DNA of 64,000 bases from an uncultured Holophagales bacterium (GTDB lineage Bacteria > Acidobacteriota > Thermoanaerobaculia > Multivoradales > UBA5704), in NCBI GenBank assembly GCA_963842525.1, contig CAWJGT010000003.1, forward strand, positions 96,001 through 160,000. The letters are read 5' to 3'. Made by a program: the position numbers and the translations under genes. Positions 41,762-50,861 of this stretch are shown in pieces. How positions within the stretch are numbered: position 1 is the first letter of the stretch; every line of letters starts with the position of its first letter. Below the pieces are notes generated by a model. That model was not told the origin of the DNA. It did no database searches and saw only the letters and a list, made by a program, of their open reading frames with translations.

Positions 41762-42760
41762 GTGGCGAAGCACGATACCAGCTACAAGGCGCTGTTCTCT
41801 TATCCCGAAATGGTGGCCGACCTGATTCGCGGCTTCGTCCGCGAGGAGTGGGTTGCCGAGCTCGACTTCTCCACCCTGGAGAAGGTTCCGGCGAGCTTCG
41901 TCACGCCGGATATGAGTCCCCGCGAGAGTGACGGCCTCTGGCGGCTGCGCTGGGGACGCAAGCGCTGGCTCTACGTCTACATCCTCCTGGAGTTCCAGTC
42001 CAAGGTCGATCCTTTCATGGCGCTGCGCGTGATGGTCTACCTGGGCCTGCTCTATCAACACCTGATCAGGGAGCACCAGCTCACAGCCTCCGGCAAGCTT
42101 CCCGCGGTCCTGCCGCTGGTTCTCTATAATGGGTTGAAGCCTTGGCGGGCCGCCCTGGACATCGCCGAGCTGATCGAAGATGTTCCGGGCGGTCTGGAGC
42201 GCTATCGGCCGCAGCTCCGCTATTGTCTTCTGGACGAAGGGCGGATTGCGACGGCCGAGCTGGGGTCGCTGCGGAACCTGACGGCGGCGCTGTTCCGGTT
42301 GGAGAAGAGCCGTGGCCCTGAGGAGATCGAAGGGATCCTGGTCGCCCTGATCGAGTGGCTCCAGGAGCCGGAGCTGGCCGAACTGCGGCGCGCGTTTGCC
42401 ACCTGGCTGCGGGATGTTCTGCTCCCCGCCCGGGTGCCTGGAGTGGAGATTCCGCAGATGGCGGATCTCGAGGAGGTCAAGACGATGCTGGCGGAACGAG
42501 TCAAGGAGTGGACCCGCGAGTGGCAGCAGGAGGGCTTCGAGAAGGGGCTCGAGAAGGGGCTCGAAAAGGGGCTTGAGAAGGGGCGTGCGGAAGGGCTTGA
42601 GAAGGGGCGCGCCGTTCTGATCCGCCAATTGGAGAGGCGCTTCGGGCCTCTGCCTCAAGAAGCCCGGCAGTGCATCGAAGCGCTCGATCTTGAGGCGATC
42701 GTGGAGCTGAGCGCCGCGGTTGCGACGGCCCCGTCGCTTGCGGCTTTAGGGTTGAGCTGA
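41762..42760 (+). CDS. Rpn/YhgA-family PD-(D/E)xK nuclease with EKGL repeats and a DUF4351-like tail
   Basis: HD..YK.LF, RESD.LW, ILLEFQS..D..MALR...Y, LP.VLPLVLYNG..W. Confidence 0.9.
   Translation: MAKHDTSYKALFSYPEMVADLIRGFVREEWVAELDFSTLEKVPASFVTPDMSPRESDGLWRLRWGRKRWLYVYILLEFQSKVDPFMALRVMVYLGLLYQHLIREHQLTASGKLPAVLPLVLYNGLKPWRAALDIAELIEDVPGGLERYRPQLRYCLLDEGRIATAELGSLRNLTAALFRLEKSRGPEEIEGILVALIEWLQEPELAELRRAFATWLRDVLLPARVPGVEIPQMADLEEVKTMLAERVKEWTREWQQEGFEKGLEKGLEKGLEKGRAEGLEKGRAVLIRQLERRFGPLPQEARQCIEALDLEAIVELSAAVATAPSLAALGLS
42485..42760 (+). CDS. Putative in-frame internal small protein (RpnS-type antitoxin)
   Basis: AGGAGG at 42471-42476, 8 nt before an in-frame ATG (MLAERVKEW). Confidence 0.6.
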   Translation: MLAERVKEWTREWQQEGFEKGLEKGLEKGLEKGRAEGLEKGRAVLIRQLERRFGPLPQEARQCIEALDLEAIVELSAAVATAPSLAALGLS

Positions 42761-42969
42761 CGAGGGCTAGGCCGGTCGATCTCGTTCGCTCGCAACGATT
42801 TCGAACACCGGGCTGAGGCCGAAGCCTTCGGCTGGTCGCCCCAGATTCCGGCCTCGCTTGGGTCGAGACGTAAGATAAGATACGGTCTTGCGGCCGGTTG
42901 GGGCGTGGTGCCTGCCTCTCGCAGTAGGTCCCCGTTTTGCAGAGCAACTCCCGAGAGAGGTAGTAGACG

Positions 42970-44415
42970 ATGCGTGATCGTGATCGCGGCAAAGCCAAAG
43001 CCGCTGGCTGTTTCCTCCGTACCCTGCTGGCCCTGGCACTCCTGGTGGTGGCCGTGGCGGCGTTCGCCACCTTCTACACGGGGGCCACGCCGGAGGTGAG
43101 CGTCCAGTCCAAGCTGCCCGGCATCGGCCGGCGGACGCCGATCCACATCCGGATCGAGGACCCGCAGCGGGTCTCCAAGGTCAAGGTCGAGGTGGTTCAG
43201 GGTGCGGACGTCAAGCCGGTCCAGGAGAAGGAGCTCCAGCCGGGGTCGTCGTTCGCCTTCGGCGGCGGCGAGCCGGTCGACATGACCGTCGAGGTCGGCC
43301 GCGAGACGGTCCAGGGGCTGCGCTCGGGTGAGGCCACGGTGCGGGTGACGGCGGAGCGGGCGGGGACCTGGCTGCGGCGGCCGGCGCCGGTCGTGGCCGA
43401 GGTCAAGCTCCCAGTCCGCCTGGCGCCGCCGACCCTGCAGATCCAGTCGAATTTCCACTACGTGAACCAGGGCGGCAGCGAGGTGGTGGTCTACCGGGTT
43501 GGCGAGGGGGCGATCCGCGACGGCGTCCAGTCCGGCGACTGGTGGTTCCCGGGCTTCCCCTTCCCCGGCAGCAACGACAAGCAGCAGCGCTTCGCCTTCT
43601 TCGCCGTGCCGTACGACATGGGCGATGCATCGCGCATCCGGCTGGTCGCGGTCGACGAGGTGGGCAACCGGGCCGAGGCCGGGTTCATCGACAAGTTCAC
43701 CCCGCGGCCACTGAAGACCGACACGATCGATGTGAACGACGCCTTCATGAACAAGGTCGTGCCCGAGATCATGTCGCAATCGTCCGAGGTTTCGGACCAA
43801 GGAAACCTCCTGGCCAACTACCTGGAGATCAATCGCAACCTGCGAAAGAAGAACGCGCAGACGCTCAAGGATTTGGGGCAGAAGTCGGCCCGTCAGTTCC
43901 TTTGGAGCCAGCCCTTCGAGCCGATGATGAATGCCGCGATCACCGCCGCCTTCGCCGACCGCCGGACCTATACCTACAACGGCAAGAACGTCGACCAGCA
44001 GGACCACCTCGGCTTCGACATGGCCTCGGTCGAGCGCGACGCCATCAAGGCCTCGAACAACGGCCGGGTGGTGCTGGCGCGCTTCTTCGGGATCTATGGC
44101 AACGCCGTGGTGATCGACCACGGCTATGGCATCCAGAGCCTCTACGGGCACCTCTCCTCAATCGGGGTGCGCGAAGGGCAGGAGGTCCAGCGCGGCCAGG
44201 AGCTGGGCCGCTCCGGCCAGACCGGCCTCGCGGCCGGCGACCACCTGCACTTCACCATGCTCCTCCAGGGCCTGGCCGTGACGCCGGTCGAGTGGTGGGA
44301 CCCGCACTGGATCCAGGACCGCGTCGCGCGGAAGCTGGGGCCGACGCTGCCGTACAACGCCAAGGCGGCAGCGCCGGCGGCGTCCGCTACATCACCAGCG
44401 CGTACCCGACCTTGA
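42970..44415 (+). CDS. M23-family metallopeptidase
   Basis: HLGFD, YGNAVVIDHG, YGHLS, GDHLHF; N-terminal TM. Confidence 0.92.
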   Translation: MRDRDRGKAKAAGCFLRTLLALALLVVAVAAFATFYTGATPEVSVQSKLPGIGRRTPIHIRIEDPQRVSKVKVEVVQGADVKPVQEKELQPGSSFAFGGGEPVDMTVEVGRETVQGLRSGEATVRVTAERAGTWLRRPAPVVAEVKLPVRLAPPTLQIQSNFHYVNQGGSEVVVYRVGEGAIRDGVQSGDWWFPGFPFPGSNDKQQRFAFFAVPYDMGDASRIRLVAVDEVGNRAEAGFIDKFTPRPLKTDTIDVNDAFMNKVVPEIMSQSSEVSDQGNLLANYLEINRNLRKKNAQTLKDLGQKSARQFLWSQPFEPMMNAAITAAFADRRTYTYNGKNVDQQDHLGFDMASVERDAIKASNNGRVVLARFFGIYGNAVVIDHGYGIQSLYGHLSSIGVREGQEVQRGQELGRSGQTGLAAGDHLHFTMLLQGLAVTPVEWWDPHWIQDRVARKLGPTLPYNAKAAAPAASATSPARTRP

Positions 44416-46708
44416 AGAACAGCGTCCGGTCGGCGCGGGTGAGGTCGACGATCTCGTCGCGCCGCACCTCGCCGCCGACCTGGTTGTCCGAGTAGCCGAG
44501 GAAGAGCACCGTCTGCGGGTTCAGCTTGTAGGAGAAGAGGAGCTGGCTGAACAGGTGCTCGTCCTGGCTCGGCACCTCGGCAGCCGTGTAGAGGTCCTGG
44601 TTGTACCGGAAGTCCTCGTACAGGAAGGTGGCGCGGACGAAGGTGCGGATGTTGATCTGGTAGACCGCCCGCATCTCGCTCAGGTTGACCTCCAACAGCT
44701 CCTCGTCGCGCACCGTCACCCGTTGCAGGTCGTGGGAGGCGGTCATCCGGAGGTGGCGGCCGAAGTTGTAGCCGACCCAGGGGCGGATGCGCAGCAGGTC
44801 GCCCGCCCGGGTATGGGCGAAGTCGATGGTGTCCGCCACCGTCGAGGACAGCCCGAGGTCGAGGGCGCCCGTGGGCCGCATTTCCATCTCGAAGTGGGTG
44901 AAGCGCTCGTCGAAGGTGACTCCGTTCCAGAACCGGTCGCGCCGACCCGTGTCGATCATGTAGAACGACTGCAGCGGGCCACGGAGCTGGAGCCAGGTCT
45001 CGAGCTCGCGTTCGAGGACGTTGCCGCCGGCGTCTTCGGTCTGGTCCCAGTCGCCGCCGAAGGTGAAGCTGGTCCACCAGCCGTCCGGCTTCTTGGCCCA
45101 CCAGGTGTGCTCGAGCCCGGCGAGGCCCAAGGTATAGCCGACCTGCGGCATGAAGCCGAGATCGGCACGGAACTCGGGGTCGATGTCCTCGTAGCGCGCC
45201 CACCAACCCCAGTTTCGCGTGCCGTGGTTGTAGCCGACGCGCCAAGCCGAGCCGTCGAGCTGCCCCTCCGGCAGGCCGTCTCCTCCTGTCCCTCCTGCCG
45301 CTCCCGCCCCCCCCGGATACTCCGTCCGGGAGCCGAGAGCATGGGCGGTCACCACGTCGCTCGGCGTCGGGCGCCAACGGCCGTCGATCCCGAAGACGTC
45401 GTTCGAGTAGTCGCCGCCCGCGCGGTGGGTCATCACCGCGCCCAGGGTGGAGGAGGCCCCGAGGTCCACCCGATAGCGCAGGGCGGCGTTGGTCGTCTGT
45501 TCCTTGAGCTCCAGGCTCCTGGAGGACTGGCTGCTGGGGAGGAGGGACGTGCTCGCGTCGTCCTGCGCCACGAAGACGCCGATGCCGTGCCTGCCCTCCT
45601 TGCCGGTCAGCTTCGCGCCCCACGACGGGTCGACCACGGTGCGGGTATGCACGATGTTGAAGGGGGTCTCGAAGAAATCCGCCCCCTCCAGGAAGAACGG
45701 CCGCTTTTCCGGATAGAAGAGCGCGAACTGGCTGTTGACGTCGAACTGGGTGGCATCGGCCTCGACCTGCGAGAAGTCGGGGTTGAGGGCGCCGGAGAGG
45801 ATCAGGTTCGGAGTGATCCCCCAGCGTGCCGTGAGCCCCAGGTTGGCCTCTGGGTCGCCATCCTCGATCGAGCCGCGGGGGAAGTCCTGCCGCGCGTCGG
45901 TCCGATGGGCCGTCAGCGTGGGGTCGAGCTCGATGTTGCGCCCCGGCGTGACCCCTGCGAATCCGGTCACCTTCGGGATCTGGCAGAGCAGGCAGTTGTC
46001 GTCCGGGTCGACCGTCGCGGTGGTCATCTGGTGGCGCCGGCTGCGGGGGTAGGAGCGGAAGGCGCCGAGCCCCCAGGTCTGCTCCCCCGCGGCGCGCTGG
46101 AACCGCAGCGAGCTGAACGGGATGGCGATCTCGACCGTGTACCCCTGCTCGTCGATGCGGCCCGCGGACTGCCAGATGGCGTCCCAGGCGGCATCCTCCT
46201 CCTCGTCCGCGGTCTCGTCGAGAGAGAGGTCCATCTGCACGCCCAGCGGGTTGACGAAGATCTCGAAGCCGCGGCGCTCGTCGTTGAAGGTATCAAGGAA
46301 GAGGCCGACGAAGTCGTCGCGGAACGGCGTATCGCGGTCCGCGAGGTTGGCGCGGATCGCCGGCGGGTCTGGGTCGTAGGCCCGGAAGGCGGCATAGAGC
46401 TTGTCGCTGTCGTAGGCCAGGTAGGCGATCGTCCTGACCGGCGCCGGCACGTTCTTGCCCGGATCGATCTCGTTGTCGACGCGGACGACCAGGGCATGGC
46501 GCCAGGCCTCCTCCTGGAGGAGCCCGTCGATCCGGATCTCCGAGGTGATGCGAGGCATCCGGTAGTGCAGCTTGCCCGCGGTCGTACGTTCCGGAGCAGT
46601 CGGCTCCGTCGCCTCCAGGGTGAGCTCGGCCGGCGCGGCGGCAGCGGCTCCGAGCGGAAAGGACAGGGTCAGGGTCGCAAGCAGGCAGGTGGAACGGAGT
46701 GATTTCAA
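44387..46708 (-). CDS. CBM9-like plus DUF5916 outer-membrane protein
   Basis: IDG.L.E..W, EIAIPFSSLRF, NPDFSQVEAD, FYPEKRPFFLEG; C-terminal FFKVGY; TTG start with GGAGG. Confidence 0.85.
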   Translation of the reverse strand: MKSLRSTCLLATLTLSFPLGAAAAAPAELTLEATEPTAPERTTAGKLHYRMPRITSEIRIDGLLQEEAWRHALVVRVDNEIDPGKNVPAPVRTIAYLAYDSDKLYAAFRAYDPDPPAIRANLADRDTPFRDDFVGLFLDTFNDERRGFEIFVNPLGVQMDLSLDETADEEEDAAWDAIWQSAGRIDEQGYTVEIAIPFSSLRFQRAAGEQTWGLGAFRSYPRSRRHQMTTATVDPDDNCLLCQIPKVTGFAGVTPGRNIELDPTLTAHRTDARQDFPRGSIEDGDPEANLGLTARWGITPNLILSGALNPDFSQVEADATQFDVNSQFALFYPEKRPFFLEGADFFETPFNIVHTRTVVDPSWGAKLTGKEGRHGIGVFVAQDDASTSLLPSSQSSRSLELKEQTTNAALRYRVDLGASSTLGAVMTHRAGGDYSNDVFGIDGRWRPTPSDVVTAHALGSRTEYPGGAGAAGGTGGDGLPEGQLDGSAWRVGYNHGTRNWGWWARYEDIDPEFRADLGFMPQVGYTLGLAGLEHTWWAKKPDGWWTSFTFGGDWDQTEDAGGNVLERELETWLQLRGPLQSFYMIDTGRRDRFWNGVTFDERFTHFEMEMRPTGALDLGLSSTVADTIDFAHTRAGDLLRIRPWVGYNFGRHLRMTASHDLQRVTVRDEELLEVNLSEMRAVYQINIRTFVRATFLYEDFRYNQDLYTAAEVPSQDEHLFSQLLFSYKLNPQTVLFLGYSDNQVGGEVRRDEIVDLTRADRTLFFKVGYALVM

Positions 46709-46777
46709 GTCAGGGCCCTCCGGCAGATTCAATCTCCGCCCTGACGTACGCAAAGAGGGGGGGCTGGGTTACAACGG

Positions 46778-46934
46778 GCCCTCACCCCCCTGGCCCCCCT
46801 CTCCCATCCGCACTCCCTGCCCCCGGGAGAGGGGGGAAGAAGGCAGAGAAGCCATCTCATTGTCGGATCACCACGACTCCCCTCTCCCGGTGGATCGGGA
46901 GTGCGGATGGGAGAGGGGCCGGGGGTGAGGGCTC
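46778..46934. repeat. Inverted pair of family-A palindromes (BIME-like)
   Basis: GCCCTCACCCCC... and ...GGGGGTGAGGGC ends with internal CCTCTCCC/GGGAGAGG. Confidence 0.85.
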
Positions 46935-47857
46935 AGCGTCGCCGGCGGGCGTTCTGGCGGGCCTGGAGCAGCTCGGGCAGGTGCTCCAGGATCCAGCGGT
47001 CGGCGCGGTCGAGGTTGCGGTACAGCCTCTCCCGGCGCCGGAACTCCGGCGTATGGAAGTACCGCCGGCCGTTGCGCACCACCGGCGGCAGGTCGGCGTG
47101 CAGCAACTCGTGGTAGACGACCGCCTCGAGGACGTAGCGGGGCACCATGGGCTGGTCGAGCACCCGGTGCAGGCGGATCAGCCGGTCCTCGTAAGAGTAG
47201 CTGCCGAGCTGGAGGCTGGACGTGCGGCGGCCCCGCCGGCAGCGGTGGGCCTCGCCGACCGAGGACCGTCCCCAGGTGATCTCGACCTTCAACCGGCTGT
47301 CGAAGTAGCGCTGGTTCAAGTCGTCCACGATCTGGCGCAGGTCGCAGGAGATCCCCTCGGTCCGGAGCGAGGCGCGGCGGGGGCGTCCACCCTCTGCCTT
47401 GTGGGAGAAGTGCTGGCGGATCGTGAGCAGGGCCTGCCGCGACTTGTCGGTCCCCTTGCGGCTCTCGACGAAGACGGCCACGGCGGCAAGGACCTCCGGC
47501 GGCGCGTCCAGGAAGCAGCGGTGGATGCGCAGCGCAAGCTGGTCCCCGGGCCGGCCCGGCCGGACGCTCAGGATCGTGCGGCGGTTCTCGGTCAGCGTCA
47601 GTGCGGCGACGCGTCCGCCGGTCAGGCGGTTCAAGGCTCGCATCAAGGCGAGCCGCGGACCTTCCGGATTGGGGACGACCGTGGGCCGGGGGTGCTCGCC
47701 CGTGGCCCGGGGCAGGACTCGGATGCCCGTTCCCGAACAGCTCCAATTGGAGCGGACGGCGACCCGCCGGTCCAGCGGGACGACCGGCGGACCGGCGCAA
47801 AGGTCCGCGGGAGGGTTCCCTGGAGGGGCGAGGAAGAGCCTGGCTCGAAGATCTCAT
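46933..47857 (-). CDS. SprT-like zinc metalloprotease, with a probable +1 frameshift near 47707
   Basis: LN..YF...I.WG, LGSY..IR.H..LD..VP.Y..VVYHELLH..H..EF. The N-terminal segment containing QLELF is in the adjacent frame. Confidence 0.75.
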
Positions 47858-47983
47858 GCGTCGTCGATCCCCTCTTGGCCGACAGAGGAAGGACACTCTA
47901 GCACAGGGGTCTCACCCCGCCGGTTCCGTTCGACCTCTCTTGAACCCAGACGTTGCTTGGACTATGGTGCACAGGGTAACCCG

Positions 47984-49321
47984 ATGCAGAAAGATCACGG
48001 CCTGCAGAGACTGGTCACGCTGATCCGCGAGCGGACAGGCAACGTCGTCCCGCCGAGCCGGTATGCATTCCTTGAAGAGCTGATCGAGCGGCGGTCCCAG
48101 GCCCGGCGCTGCGGCTCGGCGGCCGAATACGTCCGGGAGCTGGAGACCGGCGGGGTGCCGGGGGAGTGGGAGAACCTCATCCCCCTGGTCACCATCAAGG
48201 AGTCGTACTTCTTCCGGGCGCCGCAGCAGTTCGACATCATCCGCGAACAGATCCTGCCACAGCTCGTCCGCGCCCGGGCCTCCGCGAAGCATCTGCGCAT
48301 CTGGTCCGCGGCCTGCGCGCGAGGGGAGGAGCCGGCGACGCTTGCCATGGTGCTGGCCGAGGAGCGCGCGCTGGCCGGCTGGACGTGGAGCATCATGGCG
48401 ACCGACCTCGACGAGGAGGCCCTTGCCGGAGCGCGGCTGGGGCTCTACGGCGAGCGGGCCGTGGCGCAGGTGCCGCCGCCGCTCGCCCAACGCTATTTCA
48501 GCCCGCGCGGCAAGCTCTACGAGCTCGATCCGGCGTTGCGCGCACGCATCGAATACCGGCTGCTGAACCTGGCCGAGCCGCCATACCCCCTGCCGGCGCG
48601 CGGGTTCGACCTTATCCTGCTGCGCAACGTCCTCATCTACTTCCGCCAGCCCCTCCAGCGGCGGGTCGTGACACACGCCGCGCAGCACCTCTCCGCGGAA
48701 GGCTACCTTTTCCTGGGCGCCTCCGAGACCCTCTGGCAGATCCAGGAGGAGGGCCTGGAGGCCGCGGGCCTCGGCTCCTGCTTCGCGTACCGGCTGCCCC
48801 GGGAGCCCCGGGCGGAGCGCTCTCCCACGAAAGCCGCACGGCCGGCTGCAGGACCGGAGGAGCGCTCCGTGCCCCCGGTCGTCGTCTCCTCCAGGCCGGA
48901 GCCGCCCCTGAAGCCCGAAGACGTCCAGGAGCGTCTGCGGGCTGCGGCCCGCAGCCTGGCCGGGAACCGGATCGACGAGGCGAGCCGGGCGCTCGAGCAG
49001 GTGCTGGCGGCGGACCCGTCGGAGCCGGCCGGCCACGCCCTGGAGGGGTTCCTCCACGACGTCACCGGCCGCACCGGCGAGGCGGTCGTCTCCTACCGCG
49101 CCGCGCTCTACCTCGACCCCGAGCTCTACCAGGTGCGCCTCCTGCTGGCCGACTGCCTCCTGCGCCTCGGCAACCGCGACCGGGCCGAGCACCACTACCG
49201 CGAGGTCCTGACCCATCTCGGCAACGACCGCCAGCGGGACCTGCAGATCCTGGAGGACCTCCCGTTCCCGGACCGCCTCCGGGCGCGGAAGCGGTGCCGG
49301 CAGGTGCTGGGGGGCGGGTAG
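47984..49321 (+). CDS. cheR: CheR-type methyltransferase with C-terminal TPR
   Basis: TIKESYFFR, RIWSAACARGEE, ATDLD, FDLILLRNVLIYF, GYLFLGASE; TPR YRAALYLDP. Confidence 0.88.
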   Translation: MQKDHGLQRLVTLIRERTGNVVPPSRYAFLEELIERRSQARRCGSAAEYVRELETGGVPGEWENLIPLVTIKESYFFRAPQQFDIIREQILPQLVRARASAKHLRIWSAACARGEEPATLAMVLAEERALAGWTWSIMATDLDEEALAGARLGLYGERAVAQVPPPLAQRYFSPRGKLYELDPALRARIEYRLLNLAEPPYPLPARGFDLILLRNVLIYFRQPLQRRVVTHAAQHLSAEGYLFLGASETLWQIQEEGLEAAGLGSCFAYRLPREPRAERSPTKAARPAAGPEERSVPPVVVSSRPEPPLKPEDVQERLRAAARSLAGNRIDEASRALEQVLAADPSEPAGHALEGFLHDVTGRTGEAVVSYRAALYLDPELYQVRLLLADCLLRLGNRDRAEHHYREVLTHLGNDRQRDLQILEDLPFPDRLRARKRCRQVLGGG

Positions 49322-49366
49322 GCTCCCCTGGCATCCTCCCGCCGATCGCGCTACATTCAGACTTGT

Positions 49367-50176
49367 ATGGCTGTTCGCGTCCGCCCCGCCGCTGTGGCCG
49401 GAGCGTTCTACCCCGGCTCCCCGGACACCCTGCGGTCGACCGTCGAAGGCCTTCTCGCAGAGGCTCCAGCGCCGGATGGTCCCCCGCTCAAGGCGCCCAA
49501 GGCGATCATTGTGCCTCATGCGGGGTACGTCTATTCGGGGCCGGTCGCCGCGTCCGCGTTCCGGACCGTCACTCCCCTGGCCGGGTCGATCGAGACGGTC
49601 GTGCTTCTGGGGCCCGCCCACTTCGTGCCGATCCAGGGGCTCGCTTTGCCGGACACGCGGGCCTTCGAGACGCCGCTCGGCCAGGTGGCGATCGATCCCG
49701 AGGGAGTCCAGGCCGCGAGCCGGCTGCCGCAGGTCCGGGTCCAGCCGGCGGCCCATGCCCAGGAGCACTCCCTGGAGGTCGAGCTGCCGTTCCTCCAGGT
49801 CCTCCTGGGGGAGGGCTTCAAGATCGTCCCTCTGGTGGTCGGCGATACTGACGGTGACGAGGTGGCCGAGGTGCTGGAACGGCTTTGGGGCGGGCCGGAG
49901 ACCCTGATCGTCATCAGCTCGGACCTGTCCCACTACCTCTCCTATGAGCAGGCGCGGGAGGCCGACCGCCGGACCGCGCAAGAGATCCTGGAGCTGGGAG
50001 GGCCGCTCAAGGGGCGGCAGGCCTGCGGCGCGCGGCCGATCAACGGCCTGCTCGCGGCGGCCCGCCGGCTGGGGCTCACCCCCGAGCTGCTCGACCTGCG
50101 CAACTCAGGAGACACCGCAGGAGACCGCTCCCGGGTCGTCGGCTATGGTGCCTTCGCCTTTCGGGAGGCGGCATGA
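49367..50176 (+). CDS. amrB: AmmeMemoRadiSam protein B (MEMO1 family)
   Basis: RPAAVAGAFYP, PHAGYVYSG, EHSLEVELPFLQ, SSDLSHY, ACG, VVGYGA. Confidence 0.92.
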   Translation: MAVRVRPAAVAGAFYPGSPDTLRSTVEGLLAEAPAPDGPPLKAPKAIIVPHAGYVYSGPVAASAFRTVTPLAGSIETVVLLGPAHFVPIQGLALPDTRAFETPLGQVAIDPEGVQAASRLPQVRVQPAAHAQEHSLEVELPFLQVLLGEGFKIVPLVVGDTDGDEVAEVLERLWGGPETLIVISSDLSHYLSYEQAREADRRTAQEILELGGPLKGRQACGARPINGLLAAARRLGLTPELLDLRNSGDTAGDRSRVVGYGAFAFREAA

Positions 50177-50787
50177 GAGAACCCCAGGGTGAGATCCTCC
50201 TGGTGATCGCGCGGAAGAGCCTCGCCGATGCGTTCGGGCTGGGGGAGGGGGCGGAGTATGGCAAAGGCGAGCCCTGGCTCCGGGAGCCGGGCGCCTCCTT
50301 CGTGACCCTGATGCGGTACGACCAGCTCCGCGGCTGCGTCGGCTCGGTCCGCGCCTACCGGCCGCTGCTCGAAGACGTCTGGTCCAATGCCCGCGCCGCG
50401 GCCTTTTCGGACACCCGGTTCCCGCCCCTCGGACGCGACGAGCTGCCGGACGTCTCGATCGAGGTCTCCCTCCTGTCCGCGGCCGAGCCGATGGAGTGCT
50501 CGTCCGAAGCGGAGGCCCTGGCCCTCCTGCGCCCGGGCCATGACGGCGTGATTTTCGAGTGCGACGACTGCCGCAGCACCTTCCTGCCCCAGGTCTGGGA
50601 CCAGCTCCCGGACCCCCGCGACTTCCTCGGCCACCTCAAGCGCAAGGCCGGCCTGCCTCCGACCTTCTGGAGCCCGCAGGTCCGTCTGTTGCGCTACACG
50701 GTCACGAAGTGGGTGGAGCGGGAGAGGACCCCTCACCCCCGGCCCCTCTCCCAACCGCCCTCCCGGCCCCCCGGGAGAGGGGAGTAA
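50173..50787 (+). CDS. amrA: AmmeMemoRadiSam protein A (AMMECR1 family)
   Basis: GASFVTL...LRGCVG, AAF.D.RF, TFLPQVW, L..KAG; the C-terminus runs into a family-A repeat. Confidence 0.92.
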   Translation: MREPQGEILLVIARKSLADAFGLGEGAEYGKGEPWLREPGASFVTLMRYDQLRGCVGSVRAYRPLLEDVWSNARAAAFSDTRFPPLGRDELPDVSIEVSLLSAAEPMECSSEAEALALLRPGHDGVIFECDDCRSTFLPQVWDQLPDPRDFLGHLKRKAGLPPTFWSPQVRLLRYTVTKWVERERTPHPRPLSQPPSRPPGRGE

Positions 50788-50861
50788 AAGTCGCTTCTGT
50801 TCCCCCCTCTCCCGGAGGTTGTGGGGGGCGGATGGGAGAGGGGGGTTAGGGGGGTGAGGGC
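50729..50861. repeat. Inverted pair of family-A palindromes between convergent genes
   Basis: CCCTCACCCCC..GGGAGAGGGG / CCCCCTCTCCC..GGGGTGAGGG. Confidence 0.85.

Noticed and set aside
47399-47983. N-terminal extension of CheR (similarly 29968, 32517, 54379 and 54952 as extended starts)
   Set aside because: These overlap genuine genes; the recognisable domains begin at downstream starts.
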